From Patescibacteria group bacterium (lineage in GTDB: Bacteria; Patescibacteriota; Patescibacteriia; UBA11705; DATKZF01), in the NCBI GenBank assembly GCA_049319825.1, contig JBMORT010000009.1, positions 3,349 through 67,348 of the forward strand: 64,000 bases of DNA, read 5' to 3'. Shown one piece after another: positions 1-9,159 of the stretch. How positions within the stretch are numbered: position 1 is the stretch's first letter; every line of letters starts with the position of its first letter. Below the pieces are notes generated by a model. The model worked only from the letters and a program-made list of their open reading frames with translations. It searched no databases and had not been told where the DNA came from. Both the position numbers and the translations under genes were made by a program.

Positions 1-263
1 TCAACCTGCCCATTCATCACCGCGTCAATAACTTGGTTCGGTGCTTCAAATTTTACAAGTTCAACATCAAAACCTGCGTCTTTGAAATATCCTTTTTCAA
101 CTGCGACATACAATGGCAAAAAGTGTGTAATAGGATAATAGGCAATTTTTACCTGTGTTGTTTCAGTGACCCGCTCTGATGGTTTTTGTTGTATTAGAAA
201 AATGACCCCAATAACTGTAATTATAATAACTGCTCCCAGAATAATTTTTGTTGTTTTGTTCAT
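1..263 (-). CDS. ABC-type substrate-binding protein, NMT1/SsuA-like. The N-terminal fragment runs off the window edge
   Basis: Reverse translation from the ATG at 261-263 gives MNKTTKIILGAVIIITVIGVIFLIQQKPSERVTETTQVKIAYYPITHFLPLYVAVEKGYFKDAGFDVELVKFEAPNQVIDAVMNGQVD. This is a signal/TM anchor followed by an NMT1/THI5-like periplasmic-binding start. Confidence 0.5.
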   Translation of the reverse strand, partial: MNKTTKIILGAVIIITVIGVIFLIQQKPSERVTETTQVKIAYYPITHFLPLYVAVEKGYFKDAGFDVELVKFEAPNQVIDAVMNGQV

Positions 264-420
264 ATTATTATTACATTAGTTAATAGTTTATAAATAATTC
301 GTTTTCGGAGCGTAGCGGAGAAAACACCTTATTTCCCCTCTATTAAAAATAAAATCAAAATTTCACCCCCTTAAAAATTCTATAACAATACCTTATAAAA
401 GAAAAATTTTTAGAAAAATA

Positions 421-640
421 TGTCATATAACGTTAGGGCTATACGAAGTTTTGCGACTGAAAGGAGCAAAATTTGGGTGAGGGGTGAGCCGAGCCCCGAA
501 CCGTATAGCCCTTGTTATACGAGGGTGAGCGACCAACGGGAGCGAAAGCGCAGCGTCCCCCGAGCGACTGAAAGGAGCGAAGGCGTATGATGCAAAATTT
601 TTACCGTTCACTATGTTATTGGTCAAACCGTTAAGGGGTA
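421..640. repeat. Intergenic palindromic element, copy 1 of a local family
   Basis: Inverted arms cATATAACGttaGGGCTATACG and CGTATAGCCCttGTTATACG flank about 65 nt. An internal direct repeat GCGACTGAAAGGAGC occurs twice. The arms resemble copies at 2745-2935 and 4140-4270. Confidence 0.4.
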
Positions 641-643
641 AAT

Positions 644-1354
644 TTATTTCGTCGCAACTATAAGGGCTGTATTGAGATATTCATACCGCACTTCTACATT
701 TGAAAAGCCAACTTCTTTGAGCCAAGCGATTTGATCCTCAATCGGCGCAAGCAGGTTAAGAAATTTATGATGATGTGCCCATTCTTCCAATGATTTTTCG
801 TCGCGAGCATTTTCCACGAGGTGATGATAATGACGAGCATCATTAACGGCTGCCTTGTGATTGTCTTTGTACGTTACAAGGTCTCCAAAGATGAATACAC
901 CCCCAGCTTTGAGTGAATCAAAGATTTTTCTGAACAATAATTTCTTCCCCTCATCTTTTTGATGATGAAGACCAATAACAGAAACGACCATATCGAAATC
1001 AGTATCAAAGTCCATTTCAGAGTAATCGCCCAACAGATAGTTTACTTTGTATTTTGAAAGTCGTTTCTTGGCCCCATCCATCATTTGTTTAGAAAAATCT
1101 ACAGCCGTTAATGTTGCGGTCGGAATAAGTTCAAGAATTTTCTCAGAAGTAAGTCCTGTGCCTATGCCGAGCTCCAAAATCTTCACCACCTCGTGGCTTT
1201 GAGCGTATTCTCGAACAGAATCTACGATTGCTTTATGTAGCTCGTCGTGCCCAGGAATAGAGCGACGAATATCATCATCATAAATTTCGTTGGCGTATTT
1301 ATCGTAGTTCAAATCGCCTGCGTTTACATTTGTTGTTTTAGCCATAGTGTTCAC
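644..1354 (-). CDS. Class I SAM-dependent methyltransferase
   Basis: Glycine-rich SAM-binding motif ILELGIGTGLTS and an acidic loop (AVDFS). Complete ORF of 236 aa. Confidence 0.8.
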   Translation of the reverse strand: MNTMAKTTNVNAGDLNYDKYANEIYDDDIRRSIPGHDELHKAIVDSVREYAQSHEVVKILELGIGTGLTSEKILELIPTATLTAVDFSKQMMDGAKKRLSKYKVNYLLGDYSEMDFDTDFDMVVSVIGLHHQKDEGKKLLFRKIFDSLKAGGVFIFGDLVTYKDNHKAAVNDARHYHHLVENARDEKSLEEWAHHHKFLNLLAPIEDQIAWLKEVGFSNVEVRYEYLNTALIVATK

Positions 1355-2688
1355 TTATTTATAGGTATGAATATCTCCTCGTGTGGTACTGCTTTGTATT
1401 TTAGTTTTGGACCATTTTTTGCAATTTCGGTCAAAGCGCTGAGCAGCAAATCAATATCTTTCTTTGTGTTGTGTATAGCGAAACTTGCCCGCACAATTCC
1501 ATAAGAAGCAAGACGATTACCATTTGCAATTTGTTTTTCTATCTTTTTTTGCTCGGCGTCTGAAATTTTGTGCCAACGTCGAACAAGCCGATGATTGCAA
1601 ATGGTGCCGGCACGTGTTTCTATCCCATACTCGTGTTCCAGAATGGACGCAAGCTGGGCGTGGTGAATGCCTGAAATGTTAAACGGGAAAGTACCGATAC
1701 GATTTTCAGTAAGATATTTTTCAGACGGTACATACATTGTAATGTTTGGGACTTTCGGCAGGCGCTCAGCCATGTACTCGACCAGCTCGCGCTCATGTTT
1801 TTCAACGGCTTTCCAGCTTGCGTCCATAAGAACTTTGCAACTAGAAGCACATGCAACAATTCCAGTAACATTCCACGTGCCGGTTTGGTGACGCTCTTGC
1901 GGCGGTGCCCAGAGAATATCTTTTTCACTTATCATGTCTATTGAGCCACCGCCTGGGTCTGCAGGAATTGTGTCGAGTAGGGATTTTGGTAGAGCGAGGA
2001 CACCAATTCCAAAAGGGGCGTAGACTTTGTGAGCAGAAAAAGCAAGAGCGTCAACACCGTCTTGCTTCATATCCATTTTTCTGTGCGGAGCAAGTTGAGC
2101 GGCGTCTATAAACAAAAGAGCTTTGTGTTTGTGTGCGATTTTCGAAAGTTTTTGAATGTCGGGAATATAGCCAGTCTGGTTTGATGCACCGGTCATGGTA
2201 ATCAGTTTGAGATTTTTGCCATGCTTTGCAGCTTTCTTTTCGAGATCACCGTAGTCAATCGAGCCGTCTTCAAATGCGTGGACTTCGACGACTTGCGCCT
2301 CGGTATTGTAATGCCACGCAAGATTGTTTGATGTATGCTCGATGGACGAAGTGATGACAACATCTGATTTTTTCAGGCGCAACATTCTTGCGAAAAGATT
2401 TATAGCCGCACTTGTATTTTGTGTAAAAAGCAAAGCATGGCTCTCTGGCAAATTCAAAAACTTTCGAATACTGCTCAGCGCGTCCTGAACTTTGAGAAAA
2501 GTAATGTTTGCATGAGGCCCTGCACCCCTGTGCAAGGCTCCGTATGTTTGTAAAAAATGGTTCACCTCTTTGAGAGTTTTCTCAAATGGTGGAGTGGTTG
2601 CGGCATTGTTCAGCAGTACCACACGAGTTTTCTTGCCCGTGGTTAAAGTAATGCTGTCATTTGTGCCGATAACTTTTGGTAGTGTCAT
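1351..2688 (-). CDS. Class V aminotransferase / cysteine desulfurase-like PLP enzyme (SufS/NifS family)
   Basis: 445 aa. The PLP-lysine context SAHKVYAPFGIGVL and the overall length are typical of cysteine desulfurases. There is a 4-nt overlap with the downstream methyltransferase. Confidence 0.75.
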   Translation of the reverse strand: MTLPKVIGTNDSITLTTGKKTRVVLLNNAATTPPFEKTLKEVNHFLQTYGALHRGAGPHANITFLKVQDALSSIRKFLNLPESHALLFTQNTSAAINLFARMLRLKKSDVVITSSIEHTSNNLAWHYNTEAQVVEVHAFEDGSIDYGDLEKKAAKHGKNLKLITMTGASNQTGYIPDIQKLSKIAHKHKALLFIDAAQLAPHRKMDMKQDGVDALAFSAHKVYAPFGIGVLALPKSLLDTIPADPGGGSIDMISEKDILWAPPQERHQTGTWNVTGIVACASSCKVLMDASWKAVEKHERELVEYMAERLPKVPNITMYVPSEKYLTENRIGTFPFNISGIHHAQLASILEHEYGIETRAGTICNHRLVRRWHKISDAEQKKIEKQIANGNRLASYGIVRASFAIHNTKKDIDLLLSALTEIAKNGPKLKYKAVPHEEIFIPINK

Positions 2689-2744
2689 AAGAAATAAATT
2701 TGCCTCAAAGTTAATAAATATTACGGTTTGACCTCGGGATTAGT

Positions 2745-2935
2745 TAGGTAAAAATTTTGCAGCATATGTCGTATAACGTCCCTGCATAGCCGATGTTCGC
2801 TGGCTGTATAATATCGCACGAAGTGCGGTACAGCCAGCGAATATGGGAGAGGGCTTTTGTAAAAAGCCCGAACCGGCTATGCAGTGTTATATGTTGTAAT
2901 TAAATTCAGCGAGCGAAGCGAGCTATTATTGGGGC
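2745..2935. repeat. Intergenic palindromic element, copy 2
   Basis: Outer arms TCGTATAACGtccCTGCATAGCCG and CGGCTATGCAGtGTTATATG. A nested inverted repeat TTCGCTGGCTGTA / TACAGCCAGCGAA lies inside. Confidence 0.4.
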
Positions 2936-2941
2936 AATTTT

Positions 2942-4078
2942 TTACGAAAGTAGCCGTGGTTTTCCATATCTATCCGCTTTGTCGTAGACCATGGAAACAA
3001 AACGCTTTCCTTGTGTATGTTGCGCCCAAATATCCGCTATGTAGTGAGCGATGAGGGACGTGTGGCCTTGTTGTTGTTCAGGCGGCAGTCCTTCATTGTA
3101 TTTGAGCATGTCCAAAATTTGTTTGTCTGGTACTGGAACAACGTCATCAACAAGGCCACGTTCAACCGCTTCTGTCATGAACGGAAACGCAATGTTGCCG
3201 AAGCCACCAGTGCCGGGAAGTTCATGAAAGCTATATCCTTCAGGCACGTCCTCATCGCGAACGAAGCGAGGTGCCACATGTCCCCAACGATCTTTGTATC
3301 TTTTGTAGTACGGGCAGGCCTCCATTGGTTCAAAGCCAATGACTTTTGTGTTTGGATTGATCTGTTTGAGCCGCTCGGCAATACCCAAAATTGTGCTACC
3401 GTTGCCAACCCCACCGATGAAATAATCGATCGGTTGACCAGGATATTTTTGTGCAACTTCATCTGCTAGCGAATGAAAGGCAGAGGGAGTGCGGGGATCT
3501 TGTGAATGATTTGGCATCCAGATTTTATGGCCAGTTGTTTTTACTTTGTCTTTGTTTTCTCGTAAGTAGCGCACCATCATTTCAGCACATGCTTGTAGAT
3601 AGCGTTCTCTGTCATCGCTGTAATGTACTTCTGCTAAATGTTCAAGTTCGGTGCGCCGTGCTTCTGGAATAAAACCAGGTGTAAAAACAACTGGCTTAAA
3701 CCCAAGTTTATTGCACATCCAAGAGAAAGAAATCCCCGCACTCCCGGACGTTGTTTCAAGTAGAGTGTCGCCATGTGCGATGATACCTTCTTTTTCAAGT
3801 TCATGGAGCAGATGAAGATAAACTCTGTCGTAGTGATTTTCGGTGGGGTTGGCTGTCTCATCGCTTTGAATGAGTACGTTGCCATTGACGAGCGGCACTT
3901 CGATTTTGGGGGTATTGCCGACAAGTGTTTCTATGCGCTCATACCTTTGCTCTTGAGTTAAACCCTCAAGTTCTTCGTCAGTAAGGCCTGCCCGTACTTC
4001 TTTTTCATGAAGTCGAGCCTGAAATTCAGTTTGTATTTGTGGCACCTCGCGACTTTCAAATGGGCGTTTTGTTTCCAT
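2942..4078 (-). CDS. PLP-dependent fold-type II enzyme (cysteine synthase / tryptophan synthase beta superfamily)
   Basis: 378 aa. Motifs TSGSAGISFSWMC and GxGxGST (GGVGNGSTILG) match the PALP family. Exact specificity is unknown. Confidence 0.6.
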   Translation of the reverse strand: METKRPFESREVPQIQTEFQARLHEKEVRAGLTDEELEGLTQEQRYERIETLVGNTPKIEVPLVNGNVLIQSDETANPTENHYDRVYLHLLHELEKEGIIAHGDTLLETTSGSAGISFSWMCNKLGFKPVVFTPGFIPEARRTELEHLAEVHYSDDRERYLQACAEMMVRYLRENKDKVKTTGHKIWMPNHSQDPRTPSAFHSLADEVAQKYPGQPIDYFIGGVGNGSTILGIAERLKQINPNTKVIGFEPMEACPYYKRYKDRWGHVAPRFVRDEDVPEGYSFHELPGTGGFGNIAFPFMTEAVERGLVDDVVPVPDKQILDMLKYNEGLPPEQQQGHTSLIAHYIADIWAQHTQGKRFVSMVYDKADRYGKPRLLS

Positions 4079-4139
4079 AGTTTTAAAGTTTAATCTTGTT
4101 ATTTTATCATAAATAAGGTAAAAAATCGACCTTTTTGCG

Positions 4140-4270
4140 GATATTTGGAGTAAAAAATTGCCCCAATAATCTCTTTTGCGTTAGCAAAAGAGGAATTTAA
4201 TTATTGCATATAACTGGTTTCTATACGAAGTTTGTACGTATTAAGTCATTAAATTTGGTTGTTATGCGAA
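4140..4270. repeat. Intergenic palindromic element, copy 3 (degenerate)
   Basis: GCATATAACTGG...CTATACGAAGTT shares the CTATACGAAGTT 12-mer with copy 1. The arms are weaker. Confidence 0.3.
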
Positions 4271-6565
4271 TTATTGTATCGTCAGCATTATATCATTACT
4301 ATACACCCCACAACTGCCGCCGAGGTATTGGCAGACTCGGAAGTGGTAAATTTTCCCGACTTCCAAACCCGTCCACGTGTCCGATGACTGGGTAGGGGAG
4401 GTGAGATAATGATATTCATTGCCCGGATATACCGGATTCGGGCTTTCCGAAACGACCACTTTATAACCTTTGTCAAAACTCAGCGTGCCGCTGGTGCTCC
4501 AGCTCAGATTGGCTTTGCCATCGCTCGAAGATCCGGATAAGCTGATTGATCCGGTTTGCGGCGCCGGAGAAGATTCTGAAATTGTCAGCGCGATGTCATT
4601 GCTGTAAACTCCGCACTTGCCGTCGATGTATTGGCAAGCTCTGAAGTGATAGGTGCCGGCGGCTAGGCCTTCCCAGGTAACGCTTCTGGCGGCGGAATCA
4701 GATAAGTATTTGTAATCATCACCGGGATAAACCGGATTGGGACTGGTTGATTTAACGATTTTAAATCCGTTGGGGGCGTCAACATTGCTGGTTGACCACT
4801 TGAGCACGACGGAATTATTGCTGACCGATCCGGATAAGCTGATGGTACCTGCCGGTGATGGGGCGGATGATTTAATGGTAACGGTAATGTCGTTACTGTA
4901 TATATTGCAGCCGCTGCCGGTATAGTCGCAGACGCGAAAATGATAAGTGCCGGCCGATAGATCTTTCCAGGTAAAACTGCGGGTGGCCGGATCCGACAGA
5001 TAATTATTAGAATCTCCCGGATACGAAGGATTGGCATTGCCGCTTTTGACGACTTTAAATCCTTTTATGGCATCAAGATCGCTGGTCTGCCAAGATAATT
5101 TGGCGCTGCCGCCATCCGTTGAACCGGATAAGCTGATCGAGCCGGATTTTTGAGTTTCTTGTTTATCAATGGTCACTTTGACGTCATTGGAATACGGCTC
5201 GCATTTGCCGCCTTCGGCATAGACGCATACCCGGAAATGCTTAACGCCCTCGCTCACATCTTGCCAGGTGTATGAGCGCGCCTCGTTTTGAACAATATAA
5301 AGCGATTCATTTTGCGGAAAGGCCGGATTTTCCGCGCCGCCCATTACCAGCTTGAATCCCTTTAATGTTTTCGATTCATCGATCGACCATGTCAATTTGA
5401 CGTCATTTTCGCTGACAGCGGCCGTTAATTTAAAATCAGAGTCCGCCGCGGCCGTATCTTTATCGTAATTGATGGTTATCGTTTTTTTCGTTTGCGAATC
5501 TCCCTTGTCGGCAATTATTTCAACGATGTTTTTACCGTCGGACAATTCCAGCTCGTGTTCAAATGAATAATCGTCTGTAACACCGACAGCCACGCCGGCG
5601 ATAGTTATTTTGGCGTCGGCCTCGGTTTGGCCTTTGATAATGAATGAATCTTCGGCCGTGGTTTGCTCCGCCGAAGCCGGGTTGCTGATTTCCAGCTTGA
5701 CCTCTTCGGCGAAAATTCCCAGATTGAAATTCTTTTGATTGTCCTGCTCTTTATTCCAGCTTAGCCATTCGTTTTTAAGTAGAGTTTTGGGATCGGCTTT
5801 TTCGGTGGCAATAATGTCATTTTGATCTTTGGTTTTATCGATCAAACACAGCTCGCCTTGATTGATCGTTTTCATGTTGAGCAGTTTATTATCCTGATAA
5901 ACTTTTACCTTAACTTGGCTTTCGACCACCGTCAGCCTGAGCTCTTTTTCATTTTTCGTTTCAGTGTTAAAAGCCGTGCCTTGAGCCGTTAATTCATTTT
6001 CGTTGGCAATGACTTTATAGGTTATCGATCCACCGGATTTCACGCGATGGTAAGCGCTGCCCGCGAACTGCTCGATGGTTATTTCGGAATCGTCGATTTG
6101 GTTAATGGTCACCAAAGTCTCCTCAGCCAATCGGAGCATACTGCCATTGGGAAAAGAAATTTCCGCTTTGCTCGCCGCCAGAGTTCTGACGGAGTCGCCG
6201 ATATTAATTTTTTGCGTGAAGCTCAGCGCCACCCAGTCGCTCGCGCCGCTGGGCAAATATTCGGCTTGGCCGCTGAGAAATTTTATTTCGGCATCTTGTA
6301 TGACCGCGGTGGGCGCGGCAATATTTTGATCTGCCAGTTGCGGTTGCGGCGCGGGTCCTTTGGCCAAAGACCAAACGACGAAGCCGCCAACGGCCACGAT
6401 GACGATCAGCAGAATATAAAAGCCCTTTGTTTTGTAAAACGGCTTTTTAAAATAATTTTTTTCTCTGTGGTTTGAATTGAATGAGCTGTAAACTTGAGGC
6501 ATACGGTTGAAGTTAAAAGTAAAATTGAAAAGTGAAAAAAATTTTTGTCGCCGGACATCTTTCAA
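4271..6565 (-). CDS. Membrane-anchored surface protein with four tandem ~95-aa Ig/FN3-like repeats
   Basis: The N-terminal TM is ILLIVIVAVGGFVVW. Four repeats each end in a YHFRVC.Y..G.C..YSNDI.(L/V)TI motif with a conserved Cys pair. The true start may be the internal Met (MPQVY). Confidence 0.7.
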   Translation of the reverse strand: MKDVRRQKFFSLFNFTFNFNRMPQVYSSFNSNHREKNYFKKPFYKTKGFYILLIVIVAVGGFVVWSLAKGPAPQPQLADQNIAAPTAVIQDAEIKFLSGQAEYLPSGASDWVALSFTQKINIGDSVRTLAASKAEISFPNGSMLRLAEETLVTINQIDDSEITIEQFAGSAYHRVKSGGSITYKVIANENELTAQGTAFNTETKNEKELRLTVVESQVKVKVYQDNKLLNMKTINQGELCLIDKTKDQNDIIATEKADPKTLLKNEWLSWNKEQDNQKNFNLGIFAEEVKLEISNPASAEQTTAEDSFIIKGQTEADAKITIAGVAVGVTDDYSFEHELELSDGKNIVEIIADKGDSQTKKTITINYDKDTAAADSDFKLTAAVSENDVKLTWSIDESKTLKGFKLVMGGAENPAFPQNESLYIVQNEARSYTWQDVSEGVKHFRVCVYAEGGKCEPYSNDVKVTIDKQETQKSGSISLSGSTDGGSAKLSWQTSDLDAIKGFKVVKSGNANPSYPGDSNNYLSDPATRSFTWKDLSAGTYHFRVCDYTGSGCNIYSNDITVTIKSSAPSPAGTISLSGSVSNNSVVLKWSTSNVDAPNGFKIVKSTSPNPVYPGDDYKYLSDSAARSVTWEGLAAGTYHFRACQYIDGKCGVYSNDIALTISESSPAPQTGSISLSGSSSDGKANLSWSTSGTLSFDKGYKVVVSESPNPVYPGNEYHYLTSPTQSSDTWTGLEVGKIYHFRVCQYLGGSCGVYSNDIMLTIQ

Positions 6566-6570
6566 ATTTT

Positions 6571-8172
6571 TTAAATGTCATTTTTCATTTTTACCTTATA
6601 TTTTATATTCTTTACCATGTAGGTGCCCTGCAGTTTATACCCCAGTTTGCGATAAAAGCCTCTGACGCCCACGCCGGATATCACTGCCATTTTATCATAT
6701 CCTGCTTTTTTCGCAATTTTTTCGGATTCCTTCATCAATTTAGAGCCAAAACCAAGGTGCTGAACAGCCCGGTCTTCCTTCTTTGCTATTGGCACCAGCC
6801 GGCCGTAAGTATGAACTTCGCGGATCAGGGCCGCGTTTTTTAATTCCGGAATGAAGTTGTCTTTTGAGCTGGGTAGGCGCAGCCGCAGGAACGCGTATAA
6901 GATTTTCTGGTCTTTTGACGCGAATTGCAAAAAGTATTCAGTGCCGCCGCTGGCCTGATATTTTCTGGTAAAAAGCTTGGCGTCAGCGACGCGGGAAATA
7001 TTGGTGCGCGCTTCGCGGCAACGGGTGCATTTGCATAATTTTTTTTGAGCGGCCAGCTCGGCTTTCAGATATTGCCGGAGATTGGAAATGACATTGCCGG
7101 CTTCGATCGATTCTTTGGGAATATCTCTGATCAGCCTGATGATTCTCACATAGTCTGGGACTGTCAGTTTTATTTTTAAAAGCAAATCAACCAATTGCTT
7201 GTCAGTATATGGTTTGTATTTGCCCGCGCGCCACCAATTGTAAAGCTCAGATCCTTTGACCACGACGCACGGATAAATTTTAAGCATGTCAGGCTGAAAA
7301 TCCGGATTTGAAAACAATTCTTGGAAAACTTCCAGGTCTTTTTTCGGAGTTGCCCCGGGCAGGTTCGGCATCAGGTGATAGGCGACCTTAAATCCGGCGT
7401 CTTTGAGCAACTTGGTCGCCCGGATGATTTCTTTTCGGCCGTGCCCGCGCTTGTTTAATTTTAAAATGTTATCATCAGTGGTTTGAATGCCGATTTCCAC
7501 TTTGGTGCAGCCGAGCAGGCGATATCTTTTGATTTCTTCTTCGGTAATATAATCAGGCCTGGTCTCGAGAGTTACGCCGACAATGCGATGCTTGGCGGTT
7601 TCGTTCAGCTTTTGCGCTGCTTTCAAACTCGAGGAAACTTTTCCATTGCCGGCGTCAAAGCAGCGCTTGATATAATTGGTCTGATATCTTTTGGGCAGGC
7701 AAGACCAGGTGCCGCCCATGACAATCAGTTCGATTTTATCAGTGGCATGGCCATTGTCAGCCAGCGCTTTGAGTCTGACGGAAACTTGTTTGAAAGGATC
7801 AAACTTAGTCAGCACCGCGCGCATCACTGCCGGTTCGTTTGACAAATAGCTTTTAGGCATTTGCGCTTCAGTCGGGCAGAATGCGCATTTGCCCGGGCAG
7901 GGATAAGATTTTGTCAGCACGGCAATGGGAGCGACTCCGGACAAAGTTCTGATCGCGCGTTTTTTAAGCAGCAGCCGCAGCGACGGATTGTCAGCGATTT
8001 CGTCCAATGACAAAAGCTCCTGATACAAACTTAAAAGTTCAGCATTCGTGACCATGGCGCTGATTTTTTCATCTCTGGCAAATTTGCGTTTTATTTTATT
8101 GAGTCCGGCATGAGTTTTCGGATTTTTTTGAAGCAAAATGCGCAGTAGTTTAGTTGTGTTTTCTTTTGACAT
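6571..8172 (-). CDS. elp3: Elp3-like tRNA-modifying enzyme (radical-SAM domain fused to a C-terminal GNAT acetyltransferase)
   Basis: A radical-SAM CxxxCxxC motif (CPGKCAFCP) precedes a C-terminal GNAT motif ISGVGVRGFYRKLGY. The start is set at MSKENTTKLL (ATG at 8170-8172). The upstream part of the ORF looks like read-through. Confidence 0.7.
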   Translation of the reverse strand: MSKENTTKLLRILLQKNPKTHAGLNKIKRKFARDEKISAMVTNAELLSLYQELLSLDEIADNPSLRLLLKKRAIRTLSGVAPIAVLTKSYPCPGKCAFCPTEAQMPKSYLSNEPAVMRAVLTKFDPFKQVSVRLKALADNGHATDKIELIVMGGTWSCLPKRYQTNYIKRCFDAGNGKVSSSLKAAQKLNETAKHRIVGVTLETRPDYITEEEIKRYRLLGCTKVEIGIQTTDDNILKLNKRGHGRKEIIRATKLLKDAGFKVAYHLMPNLPGATPKKDLEVFQELFSNPDFQPDMLKIYPCVVVKGSELYNWWRAGKYKPYTDKQLVDLLLKIKLTVPDYVRIIRLIRDIPKESIEAGNVISNLRQYLKAELAAQKKLCKCTRCREARTNISRVADAKLFTRKYQASGGTEYFLQFASKDQKILYAFLRLRLPSSKDNFIPELKNAALIREVHTYGRLVPIAKKEDRAVQHLGFGSKLMKESEKIAKKAGYDKMAVISGVGVRGFYRKLGYKLQGTYMVKNIKYKVKMKNDI

Positions 8173-8317
8173 TGGTTGTATTTTATGGTAAATTAAGTTA
8201 AAAGTCAAGATAAATCCGAATGACTCGAATTTCCGACCCCAATACCACGAATATTTACTTTTTTTTATTCGGGGCATTTGGGGTATTCGGGTATATTCGG
8301 GGATTCGGATTATAAAT

Positions 8318-9034
8318 ATGCAGGATACAACAAAAAAAGGCTACAAAGCCATTGCCCATGAATTCGCTGCCAGCCGTGAAAGGTTATGGCCCGAGCTTAA
8401 TATTTTTAAAAAATATATTGGCGATAATGACCAGGTGCTTGATCTGGGCTGCGGAAACGGCCGGCTAATTCAGCTTTTCGAAGGCAGGCAGGTCAAATAT
8501 TTGGGAATAGATAATAATGCCGAGTTGATTGAGTATGCGAAAGAAAAATATCCGGATAAAAAGTTTATTGTCTCGGATGTTTTGGAATTCAATCCTGAAG
8601 AAAAATTCGACGTGATCTTCATGATTGCCGTGCTTAATCATTTTAATCGAGGTGATCGCAAAGATATTTTAAAAAAAGTTTACCAGTGGCTTACGCCCGG
8701 CGGATATTTGCTGATGGCCAATTGGAACATGAATAATTTGAAAAATAAAAAATCCCGCTGGTATTCAAAAACTGAAAACGGCGCGGTGATAACCGAATGG
8801 AAGACAGACAGAGGCGAAGTCGGCAAATTGATTTATTACACCTTAACTAAAAGCAAGATTAAAAAAGAATTAAAGGATTTTGATGTTTTGAAAAACAATT
8901 ATTATACCAATGGCAAAAGGTCCAGTGTGTTGTTTGGCAATAATTTATTGACTGCTGCTAAGAAAATTAATGTCGAGTGTGAAGCGTTTGATAAGGCTGA
9001 GAAAGGAATACAAGGCGCGGCGTGCGCCACGTAG
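8318..9034 (+). CDS. Class I SAM-dependent methyltransferase
   Basis: Motif I VLDLGCGNGRL, 238 aa. Confidence 0.8.
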   Translation: MQDTTKKGYKAIAHEFAASRERLWPELNIFKKYIGDNDQVLDLGCGNGRLIQLFEGRQVKYLGIDNNAELIEYAKEKYPDKKFIVSDVLEFNPEEKFDVIFMIAVLNHFNRGDRKDILKKVYQWLTPGGYLLMANWNMNNLKNKKSRWYSKTENGAVITEWKTDRGEVGKLIYYTLTKSKIKKELKDFDVLKNNYYTNGKRSSVLFGNNLLTAAKKINVECEAFDKAEKGIQGAACAT

Positions 9035-9159
9035 TGAGATTTTTAATTTATAATTTTTCAATTTTACGGCTAATCATGGTTTTTTAAGGTAATTGCCGTG
9101 TCTTTGCCTCGATAAAATTAAAAATTGAAAATTCGCAATCAACCTGCTAAGCTTTCATT

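Noticed and set aside
423-626. 67-aa ORF on the minus strand
   Set aside because: It lies wholly inside the palindromic intergenic repeat element and its composition reflects the repeats. It is unlikely to be coding.
421-4270. 11-12 nt matches to the loxP arm (TATACGAAGTT) in the intergenic elements and ATAACTTatgcCGTATA at ~26440
   Set aside because: These are only half-site resemblances with no proper 8-bp spacer or symmetric second arm. They are most likely coincidence within a repeat family, so they are not called lox sites.
4288-5037. Antisense/alternate-frame ORFs inside the repeat surface protein gene
   Set aside because: They are artefacts of the repetitive GC-richer sequence.
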